From assembly GCF_006345805.1 (NCBI RefSeq), contig NC_043020.1, forward strand, positions 434,001 to 498,000: a DNA stretch of 64,000 bases, in the 5' to 3' direction. The translations under genes and the position numbers were made by a program. The DNA is from Octopus sinensis (Eukaryota). The notes below the pieces were generated by a model. That model made no database searches and had not been told where the DNA came from. It saw only the letters and a program-made list of their open reading frames with translations. Shown piece by piece: positions 25,842 to 37,832 of this stretch (its first letter is position 1; every line of letters begins with the position of its first letter).

Positions 25842-26334
25842 AAAAGAGACACCAATTGCTGGCACAACTATACAAGTGGACATGGAGTTTGCTAACGAGC
25901 AGTTTAATGTAGAATTACATTTAAATTTACTTTTAATCTTCAACTAGGAGACAAAGACATACAAGTGGTGTATGTACACACGCACACACAAAGATACTTC
26001 TGCTGCCCTTCCTGCAACCCCCTTTGTCCCCTGTACCCCCATAACATTTTCTGCTACTTCCTTCCGCCTTGTGGCAGTACCACCCACTTTGAGAAGTACT
26101 GATGGAAAACAAATCAAAGTAGTTTCACCTTTCACTACTTTCTTAAATTTTATGTTTTGATGTTTTTTTAAAGTTATGGGGTGGAACATGGGACAATGCC
26201 ATCATATATATAACTGTTTAAGCAATAACATCTCTCTCTCTCTCTCACCCTCTCTCTTTTTCCCATATATATTCCAATGCTGCCACTAGATTTGATTGCT
26301 GTTTAAAATAATGATTTTATCCTTATATATATAT

Positions 26335-26530
26335 TTCGTTTTGGGATTTGGTTTGCAAGATTCTTTATATGAGTTCGTGTGTTGAAGCATATTCTGTTGT
26401 GTCTGGGGAGAGTCATTCTCGTTTTGTGCCTTATAATGTAACACACTCACCGGTAAAATTTCCACTTTTTAAAAAATTTTTATATTCCTAAAATTTTTGT
26501 CGTGTCTTGCAACCTTTTCAATAGTTTTGA
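26335..26530 (-). mobile_element. Uninverted copy of the element at 737-972, abutting (TA)n
   Basis: Contains both halves seen inverted at 737-972 in one orientation. Confidence 0.65.
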
Positions 26531-26532
26531 GT

Positions 26533-26678
26533 CAAATCGACCCCAGGTCTTATTCTTTGTAAGCCTAGTACTTATTATATCAGTCTCTTTTGCCGAACCG
26601 CTAAGTTACAGGGACGTAAACACACCAGCATCGGTTGTGAAGCGATGCTGGGGGACAAACACAGGCACACAAACATAT

Positions 26679-26732
<54 letters not shown>

Positions 26733-26853
26733 ATGCACAAGGCTTTGGCCAGTCTGAGGCTATAGTAGACACTTGCCCAAGGTGCCATGCAGTGGGACTG
26801 AACCCAAAACCATGTAGTTGATAAGCAAGCTACTTACCACACAACTGCTCCTA
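26533..26853 (-). mobile_element. SINE family A (tail truncated, internal deletion)
   Basis: Reverse-complement match; joined directly to the preceding element. Confidence 0.8.
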
Positions 26854-27105
26854 CACCTTCTTGAATTTTGAAGGAAGAGTTGTCATTTTTTTTTTTATAA
26901 ATTTTGCAAAAAAATTATAGATAATTAAAATGTGAGTTGTTCAGTGAATTTTCTTATAATGACTAACATTTTTAGTAGATACACACATAACGAGCAGATT
27001 CGAAAAATGTAGATGCAAATCAGGAGGACTAGTAATCTTACTACCTGATAAGTTACTTAAAAAATTTAGATTAATTATTTTCTGGGTAGCTAAAGAATAA
27101 GGACA

Positions 27106-27190
27106 TGGAATCTTTTCAGTTTGAACGGCAGTTTTTTAAAATAATTTCCACGTAACTAAACACTTTTAAACTTCGTATACTGGTATACTT
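27106..27190. mobile_element. Terminal fragment of MITE-3
   Basis: Matches 52597-52677 (CGGCAGTTT...CTAAACACTTTTAAACTTCGTATACTGGTA). Confidence 0.75.
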
Positions 27191-27200
27191 TGTATACTTG

Positions 27201-27957
27201 CAGAACAATTAAACGTAACACACCTGTTCAACACCAACTGAAAAAAGATCGGAAAAGTTTCAGTGGTTGGAAAATGGGTCCTGCATGAACTGTCCCCAGA
27301 GAATCTACAACAGTGTGTTGTTTGTTGTCAGTCATTGCTTTCACGCCACCTTATGGAACCATTTTTAGGAAGGCTTGTCACAGGTGATGAGAAGTAGATT
27401 CTTTACCACAACATTAAACACTGCTGATTCTGGTTCAATTGAGGAGGATGACCTGTTCAACAACCAAGAGGAGGACTTCATCCAAGGAAGATCATGTTGA
27501 GTGTATGGTGGGATATTGAAGGAATTGTCCATTAGGAACTGTTAGACAACAATCAAACAATTACTGCTAATCTCTACTGTGACCAGTTTCATCATTTGAA
27601 AGCAGCTTTAAACAGAAAGTGACCCTGCTTAGTCGACAGAAAGGGTGTCATCTTCCACCATGATAATGCTTGTTCTCACACAGCTTGACTGACCAAAGAT
27701 CTCTTGGAAGAGCTTGGTTGGAAAATATTGTTTCATCCTCCGTTTCTCCAGACCTTGCTCTTTCTGATTATCACTTGTCTTGAGGACTACAGAACCATTT
27801 GAATAATCTTAGAACAACATCAAGAGAAGAGGTTGAAGATGAGTTGGATTCATATTTCGCATCAAAACCTAAACAGTTTTATAAGTGTGGCATTTATAAG
27901 CTGGTTGACAGATAGAATGAAGTTCTAGAAAGCAATGGAAATTATGTTAATGAATAA
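27201..27957 (+). pseudogene. Decayed mariner (D,D34D) transposase, catalytic half
   Basis: Translates GKWVLHELS, LVTGDEK*ILY, KIMLSVWWDIEG, IFHHDNACSH, HPP-SPDLALSDYHL, NGNYVNE*; several stops and frameshifts. Confidence 0.95.
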
Positions 27958-28023
27958 ATATTGTCTTAATGGTGGGCTTTTTTCATTTTTAATTAAGACT
28001 TTAAAATCAGTCATTACCTTTGT

Positions 28024-28334
28024 TTATTTATGCACCCTTTTGAAGCCTAGCCAGGTTCATGAGCCTGGTTTTCTGGTTTCTGTGGCGTATGTGTTTCCCC
28101 CAGCTGAACAGGACGCCAGTCCATCACAACGTTACTCAAGAAACAGGAAGAAAGATTGAGAGAAATTTGGGCGAAAGAGTACAACAGGGGTCGCCACCAG
28201 CCCCTGCCGGAGCCTCGTTGTGCTTTAGGTGTTTTTGCTCAGTAAACACACACAACACTTGGTCTGGGAATCAAAACTGCGATCCTCCGACCACGAGTCC
28301 ACTACCCTAACCACTGGGCCATTGCACCTCCACA
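28024..28334 (-). mobile_element. SINE family D, tail type 2, inserted in the mariner 3' TIR
   Basis: 12-bp TSD CATTACCTTTGT (28012-28023, 28335-28346); tRNA-like head on the - strand. Confidence 0.85.
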
Positions 28335-28606
28335 CATTACCTTTGTATGAACCTGATATTTTGTATGGCATTTGACATACCTGTATTTGTCTGTTTTTTA
28401 AATACATGCCACTGGCCATTTTGAGTTATTTCTCTCAGTAATTTTTTTTGTTTTACACACACACACAAACACACACATACACAAACACACACACACACAT
28501 ACACAAAAAAAAAACACACGCACACCTATGTACACAATTTAGAATTTCGATATTGCTTTTCATTCATTATTCATAAAAGTAATTCCTTGTGTTTTTCTAT
28601 TTGCAG

Positions 28607-28630
28607 GTTAGTACCTTCAGATTCATATTG
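28607..28630 (+). CDS. Candidate 24-nt microexon (phase 0: VSTFRFIL)
   Basis: Acceptor gtgtttttctatttgcag and donor TTG|gtaaga. Confidence 0.3.
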
Positions 28631-28994
28631 GTAAGACAATTACACATTTTTATCTTCCTTATCTTCTCTTTATTTCGTAGTTAAAAAAAAAGAACAAAAA
28701 AAAAAAACCTATATATGGAATTTTGTTTGTCAAAGGACTCTTTTTAAATATTCATACTTAGAACATTTTGTATTTGTTTGTAAGCAGTTTCTAACTCTGA
28801 ATCTGCTGAGAAAATATAGTAGATTATTTGAAAACTCTAGATTTTAGAATAGTATGTCTATAAAAAGTCCTTACATACCTTACCATAACAAGCTGCTATG
28901 TTATTGTAAGTGGTGGGGAGAAGAATAACTAAATTGTGTATCTTCAATTCATAGTGTAAAGTGTAAAGTGTAAGGTCCTTCCTTCTCTCTGTAG

Positions 28995-29162
28995 CAGAAA
29001 CACGGAAAGGGACAAAAAAGACATTGCAGAAAATACAGACCTTCATCTAAAAAATATTTGGGATATATTCTTCAAATTAGATGGCTGGACAAGGAATGGA
29101 GAATTGTAGCTGAAGGGAGGGTGCATGTGCCAGTCGAAGAACTGACCCCTGTAGCGTACTTG
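28995..29162 (+). CDS. Candidate 168-nt exon (phase 0-0), QKHGKGQKRHCRKYRPSSKKYLGYILQIRWLDKEWRIVAEGRVHVPVEELTPVAYL
   Basis: Acceptor ccttccttctctctgtag, donor TTG|gtgatt, 56 open codons. Could instead be an old LINE RT relic (KYLG..DKE). Confidence 0.35.
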
Positions 29163-29269
29163 GTGATTGAAAGATAATGCCTTAATCTTTTACCATTTAA
29201 ACTGGCCAAATTTAACCAAAATATTTCACCTGTTTTATGTTGAAACTGGCCAGATTTGGCTTCTCACAG

Positions 29270-29475
29270 GAGGCGGCGAACTGGCAGAAACATTAGCAAA
29301 ATGCTTAGAGGTATTTCGTCTGCTGTTACATTCTGTGTGAGGCTGAATCTCCCTGACAACTACCTTATGGTATGCATGTCTCTGAAGTACTCTGCCACTT
29401 GTGCATTAATTTGTTGAGCAGACTGTTCATTGATCAGATAAGCAAGAACCTCGTCGTTGTAACCGATGGAGTACA
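29270..29475 (+). mobile_element. Chimeric SINE: family C head plus family D tail-1
   Basis: Head matches 8024-8090; after TTCTG the sequence matches 7210-7350 and 29820-29930. Confidence 0.6.
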
Positions 29476-30134
29476 ATTTTTTTCAAAGAATGAAAGAAAA
29501 GGGAATGTTGCATATCGTAAGGCAAAAAGTCATGTTTAGTATAAGCAGTGAAAGGTAAAACAACATAATTGCTATTCTATCGTGCATTTGCCCTCAACTC
29601 ATGCTCAGTTTGATAACAACAGCATGCATATCAGTGTTTACTTGGGGGCTTGGCCTCCAGATCTGTGAGACCCACAAATGCCACTGTTAGGATCAGATTA
29701 ACATTCATAGTGACCCTAACAACTAAAAAGATTTTCCTGCCCCTATATAGGATCATTTTTTCATTTCCTTCCAACCACTTGAAGGTTTATCTTGTTCCAG
29801 TCCACTCAGTTGTAGCTGTAATTCAGAGGGGCCATCCTTGTCATGTTCTGTGTGAGGCCGAATCTCCCTGAGAACTACATTAATAAAATGCATGTCTGTG
29901 GAGCATTCAGCCACTTGCGAGTTAATTTTATCCTCGTATGGTAATGAAAAGTGAAAGTGACATCCAATATTTGCTGTGTATCAACTTTTCTTTTGTTCTA
30001 TGTATCTACTGTTTCTCCCACTTTCTCTCTTTCTCTTTCACGTCCTTTGTGTCCTTCCTCTCTCCAACAATGTGTGTATGTATCCATGTATCAACTTTTC
30101 TTTTCATCTATTTATATACTTTTCTTGTGATGTG

Positions 30135-30350
30135 ATAAACATTTAAAAACACAAAACAAACGCTGTCACCACTCACTGTTTCTTTCACTCTCTCTCTCTC
30201 TCTCTCCCTCTCTCTTACTTCCTTTCTGAAACACTTAAAATTACAAAACGAATGCCATCACCACTCACTGTCTCTTTCACTCAATCTTTCTTTCTCTCTC
30301 ACTCTCTCTCTCTCTTTCTCTCTTACTTCCTCTCTGTCCTCCTTTCTCTC
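30135..30350. repeat. Diverged tandem duplication (2 units) with CT tracts
   Basis: AAACA(T/C)TTAAAA...CACCACTCACTGT...CTCTTACTTCC occurs twice. Confidence 0.75.
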
Positions 30351-30858
30351 GTTTTGCCACTCACTTCTTCCTTTGAAGTAAGTGTGATACTACTACCGAT
30401 AACATCATCATGATCATTACTAATATATCACTACCACCACCACCACCACTGCTATCACAAACACTATCACCGCCACCACCAACACCACCACTACTATCAC
30501 CACCATCAGTGGCAGCTTGTCATGAATATCCATTTTAACGACCCCTTTCAATTCCATATAATCTCATCCATAAGGCTCAACGTTCTGAGAACCCATTGTA
30601 CCGTTTCTTACATCACTGTCTGCACTATTAACTAACTTGCACTGCAAGTGCACTACCACCCTTACCACTCACTCAGTGCCATCCATTTATATCTTGTGTG
30701 TGCATACCAGTGCAGTTAACTCTTTTGCACAGATCAACTGAATTTGAATTCATTTCAGCTCAGTTTGCTTGCTGGTCTTTGTTGTTCGTTGAAGAAAGGT
30801 ACTTAATTATTTTGCAATTAAGCTAGGATTGTTGAAAGAAATGTATGTATGTGTATGT

Positions 30859-31085
30859 TTAACCCTTTAGTGTTCAGATTATCCTATCAAACATAATGCT
30901 TATTGATTCTCATTGATTTGAATTAATCATGCATTATCTCATATCTTCAAGATCTTGATGGTGTAATTACTTAATGTAGAATAACATTGTAGGGTAGGTG
31001 TGAGAGCCTGGATCTGGTCAGTTTGAACATAAAACAGATTAAATATTTTGGCCGGATATGGCCAGTTTAAATACTAAAGGGTTAA
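30859..31085. mobile_element. piggyBac-type MITE-1
   Basis: TTAA|CCCTTTAG ... CTAAAGGG|TTAA. Confidence 0.85.
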
Positions 31086-31247
31086 ACAAAATCTTCACAA
31101 ACTGAGATTAATGGAAACCTAACAAGAAATGAAAAGCAGACATTCCTATTATGTCCTGTCTCAAATCTGCCTCGAATCCCATCCTACCATTACCTTACTG
31201 TTTTAGGCAAGGAAGGACACAGTGTGTAATATACTCCAAGATATACT

Positions 31248-31462
31248 AGAAACGTTAGCACGCCGGGCGAAATGCGTAGCCGTATTTCGTCTGCCGTTAC
31301 GTTCTGGGTTCAAATTCCGCCAAGGTCGACTTTGCCTTTCATCCTTTCGGGGTCGATAAATTAAGTACCAGTTACGCACTGGGGTCGATGTAATCGATTT
31401 TAACCGTTTGTCTGTCCTTGTTTGTCCCCTCTGTGTTTAGCCCCTTGTGGGTAGTAAAGAAA
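31248..31462 (+). mobile_element. SINE family C, 5'-truncated
   Basis: Collinear with 8019-8255; ATATACTA on both flanks. Confidence 0.85.
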
Positions 31463-32865
31463 TATATACTATTCCTGGATAGTTGAAAAGAACACCATGG
31501 GTGGAACATTGTTGATCAGCGATCTCTCTCTGCTCAATCAAGTTTGACCTGAACAACAACAACAAGAACAAGAACAGGAGTTTATTTTGTTTTCTACATT
31601 AGTTCTGTCCTGTTTATTATTGTCTCAAAAGCAAAGCAAAAACGAATTTATTTTTATTTTATTACAAATTTTATGTTTTTTTTTGTTTGTTTTTTTCTTT
31701 CTTAAATTTAAATCTCATCTCCAACTGATTAAAGTATTTTGATATTTTAATATTAAATGTCTGAGTATGTCTGTAGAAGACAGTTCTCCACTTCTCTTTC
31801 TTTGTCCGTTTGCTTCTCTTCTTCACGAGCAAGCAACAGATTAAATTGCAGCTGACACAATTCCATTAAACCTTGGGGTAACTTAAAGCTATCTCCTCTG
31901 CTAAATTCTCGAATAGTCTCTTGCACAAGTTAAATAGAAAAGTTAATCTTTTTTCTTTCATAATGTTATGATGTTCTGATATGATTAACTAAACTTTCTG
32001 AACAATCACTTTGGCATGATTAGAGTCGCTTCTGTTACTTTTGGCTGGTGTCCTTGTCACAAAACTTCTACTTCCATACTCTTTTAAATCCTCAGGCTGT
32101 TGTGCTTTTGTAAGAACTGCTGCTGATGCCACCACCACTGCTATTATTTCTGCCACCACCATCTCTACTTTTACCACCATTATCCTATACTACTACATTT
32201 TTTGTCCATTCTTCTATGAGAGTTGTTTTTTATTGAGAACTGTTGCCTCCTTCCACTTTCAGACCGGTTTGCAGACAATGTCTGTACAGTCCAATTTTAG
32301 CATGGTTTCTACAGCTTGATGCTCTTTCTTACACTAACTACTTTATAGAGTGTACTGGGTGCAGTTTATCATGGCACCAGCACTAAAGAGGTCATCATAT
32401 CCTCTCTGTCCTGCATTGTTTCCATTCATTTGACAACCTCTTTATAGCAATTGAGATGGATAGTAGTAAGCGTGAGTGGTAGTGATCAACTAGAAGATAT
32501 ATGAAGAAGAGAGAATGAAAGTTAGCAGTGAAGGATAGTTGTAGGGGATATAGAATATGGGCAGGTTGAATGCCATGTCTTGTTTTACTGGTGTCTTGTT
32601 GAAGGGAGGTAGAGTAATCGAGGGATGATAGTGGGAGCGTTATACAGAGATGATGGCAGAGTGATAATGGTAATAGTTTGAGTAGACTTGTCTCCTATTC
32701 AAACACAAACTGTTTAGTCTATAAATCCTTGAGTAACTTAAAGCTATACTCTTCTCTGCTATGTTCAAGAACATTCACAGATGCTAAAGAGCATAGAACA
32801 AATCTGTCTAAACCACTGAGAATTATAAAAGCATCCGGTGCTCGGCAATAATTTTAACCCTTTAG

Positions 32866-34044
32866 CTCCATTTGCTGGTTGACCAAGCTGGTGCGTTTAC
32901 TCTTCCACTTTCTGTGGAAGGGGTACATTCCGCTGGTCAGGCTCTCTGTCTACCGTCAACAGCCACTGAATGGGGGGCTGGGCATGCCGTGGTTACTGAT
33001 GCGCAGACATGCACTGAGGTTGCAGCATCTCCAGCATTTCCTTGACAGTGAGCAGGTGTGGTTGCCGTTTGTCAGGCACACTTATCCATAGCTCATCTCT
33101 TTGACTGAGCTGCAAACCTGGATTAGGCATAGACCAAGCAGGGGGTGCGCTTGGCACCTCAAGTGCCATCAAGCACTCACAGCCCTCCACCAGGTGGGCA
33201 ATGCGGTTGGTAGTAGTTCCACTCAAGCGTTCTATAGAGGGCTAGTAGAGGGAAAGTTCAACAATGTTCTTGGGGAAACTTTGAGAGTTGATGAAGATCA
33301 GCTAACCAGCCAGTTTCAGAGAACTTTTGGGCCTGGGCTATCTTGCAGAAATTCCTTGCCTGGCATTGCTACCGAGGGGCACTGCCTGTTTGAGATAAAC
33401 TTTACAGGCACGGAAGTGCTATCAGCCAGGCCTACCCGAGGTGTGCTCAGAACGATGAATCTGTCCTGCACACCCTAGTCCAGTGCCCAAGTATTGCTGA
33501 CCTGTGGGTTTTATGTTGGACACCTGCTGTCACATATAGAATGCATCAGGCTATCAGCTGAATCCATTGTGAAGATTGCCCCACCACTCTCTTTTTGGCC
33601 AGGAGGGGCAGGCATTTTATTTGTCTAGTGGCTATAGGGAAAGTTGTAGTATGGTAGACCTGTTTGAAAGTGCTAAAGATAGACACTTTCTTGTTTGACC
33701 AAGCCCTCAACAACTTCTTCAAGTTTCACTTGAAAAGGAAGTTGAGGGTGGAGAGGGAAGTGTTGCCTTGTAGCAAGTTTGTTGAAAGATGGATGGATGT
33801 TGGAAGAATGACCAGTGTGAAAGGACCAATTCTGAACATACACCTGTGAGAAATAAAAGAAGGGTTCTTGCCCTGTTGATCAGGCACCAGTGGTTTTTAT
33901 GGGTTTTTTCCACGAGGACCTTATAGCACCTTTGTATCATTCTGTTTTTGTCTTTTATGTTCCTGCATGTCATTTAATGTTGTTTTATGTGAGCCCTTGT
34001 GGCTAATAAAAGAATTGATGATGATGATTATTATTATCATCATT
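32866..34044 (+). mobile_element. 5'-truncated Tx1/L1-type LINE (ORF2 C-terminal region plus 3'UTR), decayed
   Basis: RLLFHFLWKG, GGLGMP, AWHCYRGALPV, zinc-knuckle-like PRCAQNDESVLHTLVQC, FKFHLKRKLRVER...FVERW; stop at 33847-33849; AATAAA at 34005; (GAT/ATT)n tail. Confidence 0.9.
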
Positions 34045-34566
34045 TTTTCTCTCCTAGTTACAATTTCTAGTTATAGCCACAGAACTTATTTTGTCCTTAT
34101 GGTTCTAAGCTTTCATGCTTCTGTAAAAGAAAAAAAAACTGTAGTCAACTACCAGTGTAAAGCATTCATAAATTTTTAGTCTTATTTTGCCAAATATCAC
34201 ATTTTATATTATAAATGGTATTTTAAAAGCATGATAGGAATATTACAACTTCCTGTTTTCACTCGGTATAATTCTAAATATTCACAGTTGGTATAAAGAA
34301 AAACAAGAAAAAGAAAATGGGGGGAAAAAAATGTGTTATTGTTAAATCTGTAATCAAATTTTTTTTAAAAAAAGAGAAAAAAATAAATAGAAAATAATGA
34401 AATTATAATTTCTAAATTGTTTTCAATGAAGACAATTTGGAAAGAAATTATATAACAAGAGAAGGAAGTCTATCATATTTTGGTTGTGTGGAAGAATTAC
34501 AGAAACAGTCAAGTATCAGACAGTGAATTTGTCATGTTATTTAAATTTCTCTTCTCTCTGAGTTAG

Positions 34567-34593
34567 AATCATGCTGGAGTCCGTATAAAATAT
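34567..34593 (+). CDS. Candidate 27-nt microexon (phase 0: NHAGVRIKY)
   Basis: tttctcttctctctgagttag| ... TAT|gtatgt. Confidence 0.25.
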
Positions 34594-34639
34594 GTATGTT
34601 TTACCTCATTGGTGTTTGATTTAAAAAAAGCAAAAAATA

Positions 34640-35152
34640 TAGGAGTGGCTGTGTGGGAAGTAGCTCGCTTACCAACCACATGGTTCCGGGTTCAGTCCCA
34701 CTGCGTGGTACCTTGGGTAACTGTCTTCTACTATAGCCTCAGGCTGACCAAAGCCTTGTGAGTGGATTTGGTAGACGGAAACTGAAAGAAGCTTGTCATA
34801 TATATATATATATATACATACATAATAATAATATTAGGGAGTAAATCCAAACTTACAGGGAAAAATTAGATTTAATTTAATTATATATATAATTTAATTT
34901 ATATATATATACATACATACATATATGTGCATGTGTGTATATGTTTTTGTGTCTGTGTTTGTCCCCCCAAGATCGCTTGACAACCGATGCTGGTGTGTTT
35001 ACGTCCCTGTAACTTAGTGGTTCAGCAAAAGAGACCGATAGAATAAGTACTAGGCTTACAAAGAATAAGTCTTGGTGTCGATTTGCTTGACTAAAGGCCG
35101 TGCTCCAGCATGGCCACAGTCAAATGACTGAAACAAGTAAAAGAGTAAAGAG
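34640..35152 (+). mobile_element. SINE family A with a foreign AT-rich insert in its central microsatellite
   Basis: The halves are separated by extra sequence at about 34822-34905. Confidence 0.85.
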
Positions 35153-35303
35153 TATACCCCATGTGAAATGAATATATAAGAAATGAATAATAGAAACATA
35201 TGGCAATAAATAGGTTTTGTTGTGAGACTGCCTGCCCCACCCCCTCAAGTTTCCCTGAGCAGTCCAAGAAAAATCTTTGCCAACATGTGTTATCACAGAT
35301 CTT

Positions 35304-35533
35304 TTAACCCTTTTGATACCAACCTGGCCAAAACCGCCTCTGGCTCTGTAATACAAATGTCTTGCTTTCATAAGTATTGAATTAAAATCTTCCACCAAAC
35401 CTTAGTCACAATTTACGTTCCCAACACTAGCTTAATGATAACTAAGTTATTTTACTAAATTCTTTGTTATATTTAAAATTAATTGAATGAAACAGAGAGT
35501 ATCTCAAAATAAATACAGTAACGAAAGGGTTAA
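35304..35533. mobile_element. piggyBac-type MITE-2
   Basis: TTAA|CCCTTT ... AAAGGG|TTAA; second copy at 54984-55205. Confidence 0.85.
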
Positions 35534-35536
35534 AGG

Positions 35537-35880
35537 GTGAAGACGCCCTTTGGTCATGAATGACAATTGGATTGCACCTAGAAAGTTATCCTCCAAGGCA
35601 CAAGCCAGGACAAGGTTGTTTATGGAAGACCAGCAATCGCCCATGCATACCAGCCTCCCCTCTCCATGCCACCGATGTTATCCAAAGGAAAGACAAAGGG
35701 GTCGATACAACTTGGCACCAGTGATGTTGCAACCCATTTCTACAGCTGAGTGAACTGGAGCAACGTGAAAGGAAGTGTCTTGCTCAAGAACACAACACAC
35801 AGCTCGGTCCAGCGATCGAACTCACTACTTCATGACTGTGATGCCGATGTTCTAACCACTGAGCCATGTGCCTATCACAG
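35537..35880 (-). mobile_element. SINE family E (tRNA-derived head)
   Basis: The - strand has TGGCTCAGTGG (A box) and GAGTTCGATCGC (B-box-like), then TTGAGCAAGACAC...CACTCAGCTGTAGAAATGGG. Confidence 0.65.
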
Positions 35881-36056
35881 ATCAGTTCATGATAAATGTA
35901 ACAGTTTACAATTGAGAGAACTGTGTTACTCAGATCAGTGATAACTGAATCATTGTTAAACAAGGATTGATGTACCATTAATGTAGTAGGGAGGTGATTT
36001 AGTTGACGATATCCCTTCCCTATGAATTTCTAACACCTCACTGAAATTTGAAATCA

Positions 36057-36369
36057 TCTCTATATATATAAACGGCAAAATGTCTGTCTGTGTGTGTGTC
36101 CTTTATACAAATCCACAATTTTTCAGTTAAAGGGCTCGCACTTTCTATGTTCATTGAAAACCATCCTAGGGTGGTCGTGCACATCTTTACATTTCCCCAG
36201 TCATACCGCAAAGCCATTAAAAAAATCAATAGAAGTGACTTTTTGGTGAATTTTCTATCCAAAACTCAATCAAAGTGCCTGAAACTTGATACGCCAATTG
36301 AATGCCATCTAGCTGTATGTGATTGGTCGGAGATTTAGACAGTACTCGCCTGTATGTGCGCATGCATGC
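36057..36369 (+). mobile_element. Helitron-like non-autonomous element, 5' part
   Basis: A|TCTCTATATATATAAA start followed by GTCTGTCTGTGTGTG, typical of HINE/DINE-like elements. Confidence 0.5.
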
Positions 36370-36370
36370 A

Positions 36371-36536
36371 CTAGCACTATGACCCGGCGTTGCCGGCTCA
36401 TACTGATAGTCATTGTTATTCTTTTTCTTTGTTTTTGTTCTGGGCTGCAGTCTTGCGTCAAACAAAGTCCCAGACTGGAATCTGGAATGTTGTCAAGTAC
36501 CGCTGATGAAACTTCCATGTTAGCATAGTATATAGA
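36371..36536 (-). mobile_element. Short Helitron-like element
   Basis: The - strand begins TCTATATA and ends CTAG|T, with a CCGGC-AAC-GCCGG hairpin (36384-36396) just upstream. Confidence 0.55.
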
Positions 36537-37004
36537 GTATTGAACACAGGGGTCAATTTGATTGATATACTCCCTGCCCCCACCAAATAACTGGCCCTGT
36601 ATTTCTAGACTCTTTATGCATTGTGTTCAAATCCATTTGAGATCAACTTTGCCTCTTATCCCTTTTTGGGGGTATTTAAAACAGAAGACCAGTTAAGTTC
36701 TGAAGTTGATTGTATTGACTTTACCCTCCCCCCCCCCATAAAATTACTGTCCTTGTGTCTAAATTAGAGAGACAATTACTATCACTATTAGCTGACACAG
36801 CGATTAAAATGTCTGTCATTACAGTGTCTCCTTGAAGTGTTTCACATTTGACTAGTTGTCTTTGCCATCAATCAAGAACCGTTCTGTTCTTTACAAAACC
36901 AGGAAAAAAGAAGCATCTTTTGATCATTAATTTCTCTCCTCTCACTCATCTGCACTGTCTGCCCACCTCACCCCCTTCTCTCTCTCTCTCTTACACACGA
37001 GCAC

Positions 37005-37195
37005 ACACACACACAGAGGCTTTCTCAATACCTAGTCTCTCTCTTTGGCTCTCTCTCTCTCTCATAACGGATTACACACACACAAGCTCTTTCTCGATAC
37101 TTACTCTCTCTGACTGTCTCTTTTCTTCTCTCTCCCCCCCTTACACATGAACATTCACATACAACTGCACACACACACAAAGGCTTTCTCAATAC

Positions 37196-37231
<36 letters not shown>

Positions 37232-37345
37232 TGGATTATACATACACAAGCACTTTCTCAATACTTACTCTATCCAACTGTCTCTTTTCTTCTCTCTCTC
37301 TCTCTCTCTCTCACACATGCACACACACACACACACACAAGCACA
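37005..37345. repeat. Tandem duplication (2 x about 165 bp) interleaved with CT/CA tracts
   Basis: GGCTTTCTCAATACCTA...CATAA(C/T)GGATTA...GATACTTACTC/AATACTTACTC...ACTGTCTCTTTTCTTC occurs twice. Confidence 0.85.
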
Positions 37346-37832
37346 CACACACACACACACACACAAACTTGCTCACTTCTCTCTTTCTCTTTTCCTCTTT
37401 AAAGCTAAAGTCTATCTCATTCATTTTGGAAAGAGTTCACTTTTGGAAAATTCCAGCAGTGCAATTTTCTCTAATTACTTCTTCATCTATATCAATAGTA
37501 GACATTTGCAACTGTATATCTTTTCCCATGGCAATTCTCTCAATGTACGAGTGCTTCCTATATTTGTCATTGTTCTTTCAAGATAAAGGATTTAAATATC
37601 AATAAAATAATTTGTATTGCTACATAACTAACAATAAGTGTGTTTCCCCTCCTCTCCCAGTCAGTCTTAGTTGACACACCACTCAATGATTGTTCACTAA
37701 AACCTTATATATCTGTCAAGTTGTCCTAAGTTTGGAAGCGCCAGTTCATGTCTGTTTTATTGATGAGATCTAATAAGATTGAAACATGTCTGGAACTAAC
37801 ACCGTACTGCCAAAGATGGTACCTTGATGGTA

